From Candidatus Latescibacterota bacterium (lineage in GTDB: Bacteria; Latescibacterota; UBA2968; GCA-2709665): DNA of 64,000 nucleotides. This document shows, in pieces, positions 48,675-58,921 of this stretch. How positions within the stretch are numbered: the first letter of the stretch is position 1; each line of letters begins with the position of its first letter. Position numbers and translations under genes: made by a program. The stretch covers positions 416,001-480,000 of the forward strand of contig CBDDDZ010000004.1 in assembly GCA_965226795.1 (NCBI GenBank). The letters run 5' to 3'. The notes beneath the pieces are model-generated. The model saw only the letters and a program-made list of their open reading frames with translations, ran no database searches and was not told where the DNA came from.

Positions 48675-49739
48675 ATGAAGACGCGTATTTTTCGCGGCAG
48701 TCCCGCGGAAATCGGAAAGGCACAGGGCACGATGGACCCGGAAGCCGCGCGGGACTATCTGAAGTTCTGGCAGGCCCGCCCGCACGATTTCCGGAATTCC
48801 TACTTTCGCAAAAATATGGCGTTCATGCGGCGGGAATTCCCCGATATGATCGAGCAGATCGAGGCGTTCGGTGAGGCGGCCGGAATGGCCTCTTTCGACC
48901 ACGCGTACTATGGCCATATACTCTGGACGGGACCCGCGGGGGATGCCTGCTCCACCCTGGGAATCCTGCTGGAAGACGACGGACCCGCGATGTTGTCCAC
49001 CAACGATGGAGGGACGGACACAGTGCCCGGGACCGTATCGAGTACCGTGGTTTCCACATTTCCGGACACGAAACCCCATGGGATGATGGGGTTGGGCACC
49101 GCGCGACACGTCACCCTCGGGGCGGCCGTGAACGATTCCGGCCTGGCCGTGGGCGCCAACTCCGGGCACCGGAAGTTCAATTTCGTCTCCAATCCCGAAC
49201 ACCTGAACCTCTATTTTGTCGTTCACCTGCTCGCCCAGCACTGCGGCGACTGCGATGACGTCCGCCATTTCGTGGACCAGTACCGTCTTTCCGGACAAAA
49301 GGGGATGAATCTGGTCACCGTCGACGCCTTGGGGAATATGCTGGGCCTGGAACTGGAGTCGGAGAATGTCGCCATTTCAGAGGCGCAGGACGGTATGCTC
49401 CTGGAGGTGAACCACTGGCGGCATCCCAGGCTCCGGAAGCCGTCGCGCGAGGCGAACCCCGATTTCTGGGACGGGCCATACTATTACAACTCCCAGGCCC
49501 GCGTCATGTATTTCGAGCACTATCGAAACGTGTTCGCGCGGATGAAGACCATGCAGGAACTGGTCGACTTCTCGTTCGACGTCCACGCGCCGGGGCGCAT
49601 CCTGCAGATGCAGGGGCTGAACGTGGGCGATCTGATCTCCTGCCAGGTGATGTTCGCAACCACGAGAGATCGACGCATGCGGCTCTACCTGCATCCTATC
49701 GAAAAAGACAATTACGAGGAGTTTCAATTTCCCACTTGA
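48675..49739 (+). CDS. C45/Ntn-hydrolase family protein (paralogue 2)
   Basis: ACS nucleophile, AVNDSGL and EVNH. Collinear with 42850-43917. AAGGAGG RBS. Confidence 0.7.
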   Translation: MKTRIFRGSPAEIGKAQGTMDPEAARDYLKFWQARPHDFRNSYFRKNMAFMRREFPDMIEQIEAFGEAAGMASFDHAYYGHILWTGPAGDACSTLGILLEDDGPAMLSTNDGGTDTVPGTVSSTVVSTFPDTKPHGMMGLGTARHVTLGAAVNDSGLAVGANSGHRKFNFVSNPEHLNLYFVVHLLAQHCGDCDDVRHFVDQYRLSGQKGMNLVTVDALGNMLGLELESENVAISEAQDGMLLEVNHWRHPRLRKPSREANPDFWDGPYYYNSQARVMYFEHYRNVFARMKTMQELVDFSFDVHAPGRILQMQGLNVGDLISCQVMFATTRDRRMRLYLHPIEKDNYEEFQFPT

Positions 49740-50050
49740 CCATAGGGTGGCAGGGTAATCGCGAAAAGCGACCTCCATGGGCTTCCGTAGCCTGAGGTGT
49801 CGCATTTTGCGACAGAAAATGGCGCCCCGAATGAAGATGCCTGTTGCGATACGGAAGCGAATATTGTAGACTTTGGAGTAAACTCATCGATTCACAGATG
49901 AGCTTCGGTGGCAGGCATTCGTCGTCGTCCTTGAGGCGCGGCTTTTTACACGTTTGTCCTTCTGGTTTGCACGACATTGTCCGACAAGCCGGGGGACGTA
50001 TCGAAAAGGAGCAGGATTTGAGCCCCATTGCGACAATTCCGTACCCGTAC

Positions 50051-50938
50051 GTGAAGGTAACGAACCTGAAGTTCTTCTCACGTATGGTCCCCATTCTCAT
50101 CCTCGCCCTCGGTATCCTTGCGCCCAGGGCCGCCTTCGCGGGCGCGTGGACGTTGGAAAAGGGCCAGGTTTGGAGTAAGATCACCGGGTTGTACCAGGCC
50201 ACCGACAAACACTACGGCCAGAATGGAGACGCGAGCAAGTTCGCCGCCGATTACACATCCCAGGAGGTGTATTTCGACGTGTTCTACGGCGTGACGAAAC
50301 GCTTCGACGTCGGCGTGCAGTTCGCCGCCATAAACAGGAAGTTTGAGAATTTCACTGCGGATACGCACAGAAGCATGTTCGGGTATCGCGCCAAGGAGTC
50401 AGGTCTGGGCGATATTCGCGGCTTCGCCAAGATCAACCTCGTGCACGAACCTGTCGTGGGCACCCTGAAACTCGGAATCAAAACCCCGTCCGGTGAATTC
50501 CGCGCCGCGCCCGAGGCCATGTCCGCCAGCGACGGTCAGTGGGATTTCGAAGTAATCGCGCAAATCGGCCGTTCCTACTGGCCGACCCCGGTCTACGCCA
50601 ATATCGATCTGGGGTATCGCCTCCGGGAGACGAACGATACCATCCACCACAACCCGGACGACGAGTTGATCTACAACGCCGAGGTCGGCGGCAGTCCCAT
50701 CGAGATGCTGAATCTCGCCCTCAAACTGGAAGGTATCTCGAGCGCCGGCAGGCGCATCACCTATCTGATACCCACGGTCCACGTGAGTCTTCCTCAAGGC
50801 CTGGGCATCGAAGCCGCGGCGCGTGTGTCCGTGCTCGGACGCGCCGACCCGTCGGTGGGTCCTCCGCCACATACTTATTTCGCCGGCTCCACGTGGATGC
50901 TGGGGATCTCCTATACCGGAAACCTGATGATGCGCTAG
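50051..50938 (+). CDS. Outer-membrane beta-barrel transporter-like protein
   Basis: Signal peptide ending AFA, ESGLGDI, GIKTPSG and alternating strands. Start is GTG 50051 or ATG 50084. Confidence 0.6.
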   Translation: MKVTNLKFFSRMVPILILALGILAPRAAFAGAWTLEKGQVWSKITGLYQATDKHYGQNGDASKFAADYTSQEVYFDVFYGVTKRFDVGVQFAAINRKFENFTADTHRSMFGYRAKESGLGDIRGFAKINLVHEPVVGTLKLGIKTPSGEFRAAPEAMSASDGQWDFEVIAQIGRSYWPTPVYANIDLGYRLRETNDTIHHNPDDELIYNAEVGGSPIEMLNLALKLEGISSAGRRITYLIPTVHVSLPQGLGIEAAARVSVLGRADPSVGPPPHTYFAGSTWMLGISYTGNLMMR

Positions 50939-50996
50939 CCGCACCATTGGGGGAACCCGCCGTCGTCTATGTAGCGACAAGAAGAACACGAAACAG

Positions 50997-51030
50997 AGGG
51001 GAAGGGGCGATCGCCCCTTCCCCTGTTTTT
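50997..51030 (+). terminator. Intrinsic terminator
   Basis: Perfect 28 bp palindrome AGGGGAAGGGGCGATCGCCCCTTCCCCT followed by GTTTTT. Confidence 0.8.
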
Positions 51031-51263
51031 CAACTCTCGAATTCAAGCCGCAACAAACGAAACGAAGCCGGATTAAACGAGGATCCGGAACTGTTAAGCC
51101 TTGATTCGTCAAAGACGCCGGCCCGCCGACCTTTAAGTCTTCACTTCGCCATCATTAACCCACCGGGGGCGTCGCCGCCTCCGATCGGAGACTTCTGTAG
51201 CCTTAACGCCAGTGTCTGCATCCTGTGCATTCTAGAACGTGCGGCCTTAACGTCACCGGGATT

Positions 51264-51668
51264 TCAGACAAAGGGATCGACGAGTTCTACACCGCTGGCT
51301 TCGAAATCGCGACGATTTCGGGTCGCCAGGAGTAATCCGTTAGTCAGAGCGGTGGCGGCAATGAGGCTGTCTTTGATCGGCATCGGCTTTCCGAGAAAAC
51401 GGAGATGCGCCAGCAGTTCGGCCCAGCGCAATCCCGTCTCGGCATCCCACGGGACACAGTGAATGCGACGGGCGACATCGTCGAACCAACGCTCGAGCGC
51501 GCGACGCCGACGCCCCGGTGGCAGCATAAGGATCCCGAAGCGGATTTCTCCCAGGATCCCAGGATCGACGGCCAGGTCGCGTTCGGTCCGCGCCAACCAT
51601 TCGATCACCTTCGGATCCGGCCTCGGCTGGGTCGCTTCGCACAGTACGTTGGCATCCACGAGATACAT
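51264..51668 (-). CDS. vapC: VapC-family PIN-domain toxin
   Basis: MYLVDANVLCE, GEIRFG, DSLIAATAL and TRNRRDF. The ATG overlaps the antitoxin stop. Confidence 0.9.
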   Translation of the reverse strand: MYLVDANVLCEATQPRPDPKVIEWLARTERDLAVDPGILGEIRFGILMLPPGRRRRALERWFDDVARRIHCVPWDAETGLRWAELLAHLRFLGKPMPIKDSLIAATALTNGLLLATRNRRDFEASGVELVDPFV

Positions 51669-51910
51669 CACGGCGGCCATCCAAGGGAGTCAGTAGACTC
51701 CGATTCGATCGGCACGAACCAGCCTTTTTCAGGACACGCCAGGAGTGTATTCAACAGCCCGTGGTTCTTTGGGGGGTCGACAATGACCAGGCGATATTCG
51801 CCTTTGTCCACCCGTTCAATTGCAAACGATTGGCCAGGTTCGAGCTTGTCCTGATGGCGAAACTCGGCCGGAATGACTATCTGACCCTTGGACGAGAGGA
51901 CTGTCTTCAT
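51668..51910 (-). CDS. AbrB/MazE/SpoVT-family antitoxin
   Basis: LSSKGQIVIPAEFR...L.PG. Directly upstream of the PIN toxin. Confidence 0.88.
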   Translation of the reverse strand: MKTVLSSKGQIVIPAEFRHQDKLEPGQSFAIERVDKGEYRLVIVDPPKNHGLLNTLLACPEKGWFVPIESESTDSLGWPP

Positions 51911-51915
51911 AGGAA

Positions 51916-51946
51916 GTAAGATAACGTCTTACACAGTAACTGTCAA
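51916..51946 (-). promoter_or_regulatory. TA promoter with overlapping operator palindrome
   Basis: TTGACA-17nt-TATCTT on the minus strand, 7 nt before the ATG. GTAAGA-N5-TCTTAC palindrome at 51916-51932. Confidence 0.75.
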
Positions 51947-52249
51947 TACCCGACTTGCGTGGTCTGTCCTGGCAGTCTGATGCGCCATATCGGACAACCG
52001 TGGTTCCGATAACCACACGTATGATCGGTGAATCTACGAATAGATCTGGCTATCGGGCCCTTTGCTCTACCGGGAAGGTGCTTTATTGAAAATATAGCGC
52101 CCCCAATCGTCAACGGAATGGTCCGACAACCGAAAGGTTCGCCCTTTACTTTATTCACTAACCAGGGTATTTTCTCCCCGCGGGAAGTGGGTGACGGGCC
52201 GTGCAATTGATAGTTCGAAGCACGGAATGGCCGGAGAAGGGACGCAGGG

Positions 52250-53335
52250 TTGACGAAGATCCGAAGGATGATTGGACTTTGCGGGTTTGTTCTTGTGAGC
52301 ACGGCGGTACAGACTGAGGCTCAGACCCCGGCTTCAAAGGTGTCGCCCGTGACGGAAAGACACCGCGGAGTCTGTTTCGTGGCCGGGCCGGGCCGTCCCG
52401 TGGAGGAGGCTTTCGACCGCCTGGCTGCGCTGAACGTGAACTGGATTTCTCAGACGCCGTTCGGGTGGCAGCGGGGCATCGACGCCCCGGAGGTGATCCT
52501 GGCGACTTCCGGACGGGTCTGGTGGGGGGAATCGGACGAAGGATTGGTGGAGACGACCCGGCGGGCGCGGCAGCGGGGTCTCCGGACCGTACTGAAGCCT
52601 CACGTCTGGATCCGGGACCGCAGCGATGGGAGGTGGCGCGGCAATATTGATTTTTCGACCCAGACCGAATGGGACCGGTGGTGGGCGAGCTATCGGCGGT
52701 TCATCCTCCATTACGCCGAACTGGCGGAGACAACCGGGATGGAAGCGCTGTGTGTCGGGACGGAACTTCGCAGCACCGTTTTGAACCGACCCGACGCGTG
52801 GCGCAGGCTGATTGCAGACGTACGGGCGGTGTACAGAGGCGAACTGACCTATTCGGCGAACTGGTACCGGGAGTTCGAGGAGGTACCTTTCTGGGACGCG
52901 CTCGACTATATCGGTATCCAGGTCTATTTCCCGCTGGCGGACAGCAACGGCAGCAGCCTGACGCTCGACGATTTAAAGGCGGCGTGGGCGCCACACGTCA
53001 AGCGGATCGAGGCAGTACAGCAGCAGGTGGGAAAGCCGGTGCTATTTACGGAGGTGGGCTACCGGAGTACCGCGGATTCGGCCGTGGAGCCATGGATTTG
53101 GCGGTCGGGGGCGCCGGTGGACCTTGAACTGCAGGCGACCTGTTACGAGGCGATGTTCCGGACTTTCTGGCACCGCCCCTGGTTTGCGGGCACCCACATC
53201 TGGAAGTGGTTCCCCGAGGGAAGCATCCAATTTGGAGGTCGGCGCGCACTGCGGCGCGAACGGGGGTTTACGCCACAGGGAAAGCCGGCGGAAAAGGTGC
53301 TGGCCCGGTGGTACAGGGGGGCCGGGGTTGAGTGA
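52250..53335 (+). CDS. Glycoside hydrolase family 113-like secreted protein
   Basis: Signal peptide, VLKPHVW, CVGTEL, LTYSANW, FWDALDYIG, FTEVGY and FTPQGKPAE. Confidence 0.8.
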   Translation: MTKIRRMIGLCGFVLVSTAVQTEAQTPASKVSPVTERHRGVCFVAGPGRPVEEAFDRLAALNVNWISQTPFGWQRGIDAPEVILATSGRVWWGESDEGLVETTRRARQRGLRTVLKPHVWIRDRSDGRWRGNIDFSTQTEWDRWWASYRRFILHYAELAETTGMEALCVGTELRSTVLNRPDAWRRLIADVRAVYRGELTYSANWYREFEEVPFWDALDYIGIQVYFPLADSNGSSLTLDDLKAAWAPHVKRIEAVQQQVGKPVLFTEVGYRSTADSAVEPWIWRSGAPVDLELQATCYEAMFRTFWHRPWFAGTHIWKWFPEGSIQFGGRRALRRERGFTPQGKPAEKVLARWYRGAGVE

Positions 53336-53454
53336 AGGCAGTTCTTCCGGCATGTCGGCAAATCTGACGTGAATCGGGAAGTGGAAGCAGAGACAGGCGT
53401 TTTATCCCCGATGGTCGATGCGCTAAAGCGATACCTCGATCAAAAGCTTCAAAA

Positions 53455-53590
53455 GGTGGAGCAGACATTCTTGTCTGCTCACATACATCAAACCCAAACC
53501 TCAGAATCCTGTGTCCGGGCAAGCCACGACTCGCCGCCGTCTCCCCCACTGGAAAAAGGACGGCGCTATCTATTGAATCACCTTTCGCCT
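53455..53590. repeat. REP-like family A left half with RAYT relic
   Basis: About 125 bp similar to 32765-32890. Encodes RRRLPHWKKDGAIY*ITFRL. Confidence 0.7.
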
Positions 53591-53824
53591 TGGATGTGGA
53601 CCGACCGATCCAACCCCACCATCTGATACCTCTACTCTGACGGAAAACGGAATCGGGTTTCTGGCATCCTGTGCCTCCTTTTCCAAAGAGTAAAGGCACC
53701 CACCCAACCGCGTCAGGGCCGCGCACCGTCTGCAGCATTCAAACGCTCAATGCGACAGTGGCCCAACCTACCCGAAACGTGAAGCTACGGCAACACGCCT
53801 GTAGCCGATAGCCGATATCGGAAG

Positions 53825-55441
53825 TTGGCTACTGCCCTCTTGGATAAGGACGCAGTCCTGCGGATGAAAACCCGGCTCGACGCGGCGGGGGTGACCAACC
53901 AGGACGCGGCGTTGCGCCAGGCGTCCGGTGAGGCCTTTTACAACGCTTCGCCCTTCAGGCTCCGCGATCTGACATCCCGCGCCAGACAGCAGCAGTTGAA
54001 GGCCGACTTCGAGGCGTATCTCGACGGGTTCTCGCCAAATGTGCTGGAAGTCCTCGAGAGGTTCAAGTTTCGCAATCAGATTCCTGAGTTGGTGGAGAAC
54101 GATTTGCTCGGGTTTCTTCTTGAGAAATTCCTTGATCCTTCGATCAAACTCAGCCCCAAACCGGTGTTGAACGCTGATGGATCCGTGCGTCTGGAGGCGC
54201 TCGACAACCACGGAATGGGCACTGTGTTCGAAGAACTGATCCGCCGTTTCAACGAGGAAAACAACGAGGAGGCCGGCGAGCACTTCACGCCTCGCGACGT
54301 CGTACAGCTCATGGCGCGGCTGATTTTCATACCGGTTGCCGACGAGGTCAAATCGGGCATATGGGAGTCCCGTTTCATCGTGGAACATGACGACGACCCG
54401 GAACACTCCCTAATTACCCGTTCCAGCGACGGACAGATGATGTTCCTGGCCAATATGCTGAGCAAGATGAAACAGGACACCCCTCTAGGCAGCCGCATCG
54501 CCGAAGTCCACAACGGCAGTTCACTCTTCACCGGAGACGCCGGACAGGGCGAGAGCAACATCCGTCGATGGATCATCGAGAACGATTGGCTCGAGGCTAT
54601 TGTCGCGCTGCCGCTCAACGTGTTCTACAACACGGGCATCGCCACCTACATCTGGGTGTTGACGAACCGCAAACCCGCGCATCGCCGGGGCAAGGTGCAA
54701 CTCATCGACGCAACGCAATGGTCCAAACCGCCACGAAAGAATCTAGGAAACAAGAACTGCGAACTTTCAGACGAGGATGTCGAGCGGATCTGCAATTCCT
54801 TTCTCACCTTCGAGGAGAACGAGCAGTCTAAGATCTTCCCCACCGACGCCTTCGGCTACTGGAAGGTCACGGTTGACCGGCCCTTACGGCTCAGCGTAGA
54901 CCTGTCGCCGGACCCTCGCGAGCGCTTCCGGACCGTCTGTTGCGATGCAAAGGAAGAGTCGCTTGCAGACGTCATCGATCGTGCGGCGGAAGCCGTAGGC
55001 GCAGGTCCTCACCGCAACTTCAACCAGTTCCTGGACGTCGTGGCAATGTACGCCCCTGAGTGCGGCGTTAAACTGACTACCGGACGAAAAAAGCTGCTTC
55101 AGACTGCCCTGGCATCCCGCGAAAAGGCCGCCGAGCCCGTCATAAAGAAAATCCATCGTCCGGGAAACGTCGAACCCGACAGCGAACTTCGCGACACCGA
55201 GCAAGTGCCTCTGCTCGAAGAAGGCGGCATCGAGAGCTTCCTGTGTCGCGAGGTGTTGCCCTACGCATCGGATGCCTGGTACGACCCCGCCAGCGTCAAG
55301 GTCGCATACGAAATCAGCTTCACGCGGTACTTCTACGAGCCGCAACCGATGCGCACACTTGAAGAAATAAGGGCCGACATTCTGGCGCGGGAACGGGAAA
55401 CCGAGGGATTGCTGGGAGAAATTCTCAGCGGGCAGAACTAA
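53825..55441 (+). pseudogene. hsdM: Type I restriction-modification methyltransferase, truncated and internally deleted
   Basis: FEELIRRFNEENNEEAGEHFTPRDVV, SSDGQ, NGSSLFTGDAGQGES, FYNTGIATY and LRDTE are present. No DxACGTGG or NPPY motif, and no normal N-terminus. Confidence 0.8.
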
Positions 55442-55599
55442 AGGGCTCCGTTGTTGAACGCAGCCCTTTACATGGAAACCCTTGTTTCCCATATTAGACG
55501 CAGACTTTAACAAGGCCGCGGTCATGGGGACACGTTGAACGTAGGCTTTACTATGGGTTCGAGAAACGCGTATATGACGGGGCTGCTTTACCCATCCGA

Positions 55600-55849
55600 C
55601 ACTTGGTACGATCTGCCGAGCAGCGAACGTCGAGTCTTGGAATCTCTCCACGAACGCGCGATGTTTTCGCTCGGCGACGTTCGGGAGTTGACCGGGAGGA
55701 CGTACACGGCAGCCAACAATCTCGTCAACCGATTGTTGGCGATCAGCGGCATCTCACACGAGTTCTCCGGCCAGGCGCGCAAACGCAGATTCATATGCGG
55801 GAGCTACATTAGTCTGTTCCACGAGTCTGGATCGAATGGTGATGGATAA
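55600..55849 (+). pseudogene. Relic C-terminal winged helix of a Fic-family protein
   Basis: VLESL....SL.DV.ELTG.TY.AANNLV.RL...G...EFSGQAR.RRF...YI.LF resembles Fic C-termini. No Fic catalytic motif. Confidence 0.55.
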
Positions 55850-55944
55850 ATCCGTCCTCCAAATGTGTCTCGAGTATGTGGATCCAAAATGTGCAGTTGT
55901 GGAATTATTGACAGAAGTTCGACGAATCGAAAGGGGATTTGCCC

Positions 55945-58044
55945 ATGAAAGCAACTGAGGCCAATCTACTGGCATTTCTCAGGAAATCACCTCAGTTTAA
56001 CATTCCTATATTTCAACGCACTTACTCCTGGACCGAGTCCCAATGTAGCCAGCTATGGGATGACATCTTGCGGGCTGGAGACGACGAGAATATACCTGCA
56101 CATTTCGTCGGATCCATTGTCTATATAGAAAAAGGCCTCTACCAGGTTTCCAGCCAATCGCCGCTATTGGTGATCGATGGACAACAACGCCTCACTACGG
56201 TCACACTAATTATTGAGGCGTTGGCACGACATTTGGAAGATCGCGAGCCGATCAAAGGCTTCTCAGCCAGGAAGCTTCGAAATTACTATTTGCTCAATCA
56301 AGATGAAGACGGCGATCAACGTTACAAATTGCTGCTAACTCAAACTGACGAGCAGACGCTCCTTGCGATAGTTGATCAAATAGAACTGCCCAAGCCCTGC
56401 TCCTTACGCCTCAAAGAGAATTTCCGCTTCTTCGAAACGAAGGTCAAGGACCTCGGCGAAAATGTCGTGCCGCTTTGCAATGGATTAGCGAAGCTCATAC
56501 TTGTAGACATATCGTTAAGCCGCGACCACGACAACCCACAGTTGATATTTGAGAGCATGAATTCGACCGGTCTAGAATTAAGTCAGGCAGATTTGATACG
56601 TAACTTCGTGCTAATGGGCTTGGAACGTACCGAACAGGAGAGACTCTATAAAGAATACTGGCGACCCATGGAACTCGCCTTTGGTCAAGATGCCTACAGC
56701 AGGCATTTTGATGGCTTTATGCGGCACTATTTGACCATCAAGACCGGGGACATCCCCAAGATCGGCAAGGTATACGAAGAGTTCAAATTATTCGCGAGAA
56801 GGCAGGAACACATTGGGATTGATTCACTGCTTGCAGATTTGCATAAGTTCGCTAACTATTACTGTGCGATGGCACTCGGAAACGAGGGTGAGCGGCGTCT
56901 TGCGGACGCCTTCCGCGACCTCCAGCACCTCCGAGTGGACGTTGCCTATCCGCTTCTTTTAGAACTATATGACGATTATTCTAGTTGCGAACTCTCGCTC
57001 GACGACTTCGACGAGGCCGTTCGTTATATAGAAAGCTACGTATTTCGAAGAGCTGTCTGTTCCATCCCAACCAACTCGCTCAACAAAACCTTTGCCACGT
57101 TTGGCCGCTCACTGAAAAAGGATCGATATTTGGAGAGCATGCTTGCACATTTTCAGCAGTTGCCGTCCTACCGACGGTTCCCCAATGACGACGAGTTTTC
57201 GCGTGAAATCAAGGTGCGAAACCTATACAACAATCGAACCAGCTATTGGTTGCGTAGACTTGAGAACTACGACAGGAAGGAACCCGTACCTGTCGACGAA
57301 TACACGGTGGAGCATATCTTGCCTCAGAACGAAAATCTGTCAACGGCATGGCAGGTCGCGATGGGGGACGATTGGCGAAGCGTACAAGAGAATTGGGTGC
57401 ATACGCTTGGGAATCTGACGCTCACAGGCTACAACGCTGAATACAGCGATCGACCATTTGCAGAGAAACGCGACATGAAGGGCGGATTTCGACAAAGCCC
57501 GCTTCGGCTGAATGAGGGCCTAGGCGAGTTGGATACATGGGACGAGGATGCGATCCGTGATCGCGCCGAGCGTCTGGCAAACAAGGCTGTGGAGGTTTGG
57601 AAGGGACCGTCCCTAAAGATCGAAGTTCTTCGAGACTACTCGCCTGACGCTGGCGCGGGAACAAAGAGCTATACCATAGAAGACCATCCCAACCTGCATG
57701 AGGGAAGTTCCACTCGAATTCTCTTCGAGGAATTCAGAAGGGAAGTACTCGCAATTGATCCGTGCGTCTCAGAAGAGTTTTTAAAGCTCTATGTTGCATA
57801 TAAGGCCGAGACAAACTTCGTTGATGTCGTTCCCCAGACCTCACGAATGAGATTGGCCCTGAATATGAAATTCCACGAACTGCATGACCCAAAGGGAATG
57901 GCAAATGACGTGACTAATCTTGGTCGGTGGGGCAACGGTGATGTGGAAACGATGATTTCCAGCATTGACGAACTGCCCTATGTGATGGGCCTCGTGCGTC
58001 AGGCTTTTGAAAGGCAAATGGGCGACGGCGGGACACTGGATTGA
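55945..58044 (+). CDS. GmrSD-like DUF262 + DUF1524 (HNH) + DUF5655 protein
   Basis: IPIFQRTYSW, VIDGQQRLTT, IFESMNSTG.EL..ADL, VEHILPQ...LGNLTL...N and KLYVAYK...GRWGNGD. Confidence 0.88.
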   Translation: MKATEANLLAFLRKSPQFNIPIFQRTYSWTESQCSQLWDDILRAGDDENIPAHFVGSIVYIEKGLYQVSSQSPLLVIDGQQRLTTVTLIIEALARHLEDREPIKGFSARKLRNYYLLNQDEDGDQRYKLLLTQTDEQTLLAIVDQIELPKPCSLRLKENFRFFETKVKDLGENVVPLCNGLAKLILVDISLSRDHDNPQLIFESMNSTGLELSQADLIRNFVLMGLERTEQERLYKEYWRPMELAFGQDAYSRHFDGFMRHYLTIKTGDIPKIGKVYEEFKLFARRQEHIGIDSLLADLHKFANYYCAMALGNEGERRLADAFRDLQHLRVDVAYPLLLELYDDYSSCELSLDDFDEAVRYIESYVFRRAVCSIPTNSLNKTFATFGRSLKKDRYLESMLAHFQQLPSYRRFPNDDEFSREIKVRNLYNNRTSYWLRRLENYDRKEPVPVDEYTVEHILPQNENLSTAWQVAMGDDWRSVQENWVHTLGNLTLTGYNAEYSDRPFAEKRDMKGGFRQSPLRLNEGLGELDTWDEDAIRDRAERLANKAVEVWKGPSLKIEVLRDYSPDAGAGTKSYTIEDHPNLHEGSSTRILFEEFRREVLAIDPCVSEEFLKLYVAYKAETNFVDVVPQTSRMRLALNMKFHELHDPKGMANDVTNLGRWGNGDVETMISSIDELPYVMGLVRQAFERQMGDGGTLD

Positions 58045-58408
58045 CCGCTGATCTCAATCATTACCCTCTCTTCAGACCTTCTCCGGTCACATTGTTTGTG
58101 GGTACACCCCGAGCATCGGGACGTGTGGTAGCTAAGGACGTTCCGCAAGTTGTGACCACGGAAATTGGCAATACACTCGTCGCCGTCGGCACACTCTAAG
58201 GAAACGACATCGGTGTAAACTCTGGGAATTGTAGCGCTAACGCTCACAATCGGCGTATACGTGTCCGCAGAAGAATCGAGCCGTGATCTTGATCTGTCCA
58301 CGCGCAATACAAATTTAGGCATACGGTCGTTAACCGAAGATCGGTAGAATATAGGTTACCCTGGAAGATTAGTGTAGGATTGTCAAATTGACCACAGTGA
58401 GGTCAGCA

Positions 58409-58891
58409 ATGAACCTAAGGAAATGGTTTGCAGATTTTCATTTGGATAAGGTCAAGATAGGGCCAAGCTGGGCTTCGGTCGAAATCACCTTTGAAGAGAG
58501 TGATCGAGATGCTGCTTGGGAGTTATACGTAGAGATGCTAACGAGAATTGTAACTCAGCCGTTGCCATCCGAATCAGGCGACGAAAAAACGGCTTTGGAA
58601 AGTGTGTACGCGCTTTTTGGGATTACGAGAGAAATTCTGCGCCGCCGTGGGCGCGCGACGATGCAGTTCAGCAAGATTGCAATACCTGTTCTTAACCAAA
58701 TCGTACGACCCTTTACCGCAAAGTGGCATAAGGAAAGTATCGCGGGTGCCTTTGCCTGCGAAACGAAACGAAGAGAATTTCGCAAGGAACTGGAAATCCT
58801 GCAGAGTGAATTACGAAACTATAACTCGATGTTGGCGAATATCGCAGAAGTGGAAGATCTTACTGATTTGGAACTGCAAGATCCCGAATAA
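58409..58891 (+). CDS. Conserved-looking helical hypothetical protein, first gene of the TIR operon
   Basis: 160 aa. GAGG RBS before ATG 58409. AAWELYVEMLTRIVTQPL...GDEKTAL.S...LNQIVRPFTAKWH. Confidence 0.65.
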   Translation: MNLRKWFADFHLDKVKIGPSWASVEITFEESDRDAAWELYVEMLTRIVTQPLPSESGDEKTALESVYALFGITREILRRRGRATMQFSKIAIPVLNQIVRPFTAKWHKESIAGAFACETKRREFRKELEILQSELRNYNSMLANIAEVEDLTDLELQDPE

Positions 58892-58921
58892 CAAAAAACA
58901 TGCTACGAGGGAATCGATATA

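Noticed and set aside
49740..50050. Riboswitch or ncRNA upstream of the barrel gene
   Set aside because: No recognisable aptamer consensus; only a weak CATTTT-N7-AAAATG palindrome.
57999..58322. 107-aa minus-strand ORF between GmrSD and the TIR operon
   Set aside because: No recognisable motif or RBS, and it overlaps the end of the GmrSD gene. I cannot support it as a gene.
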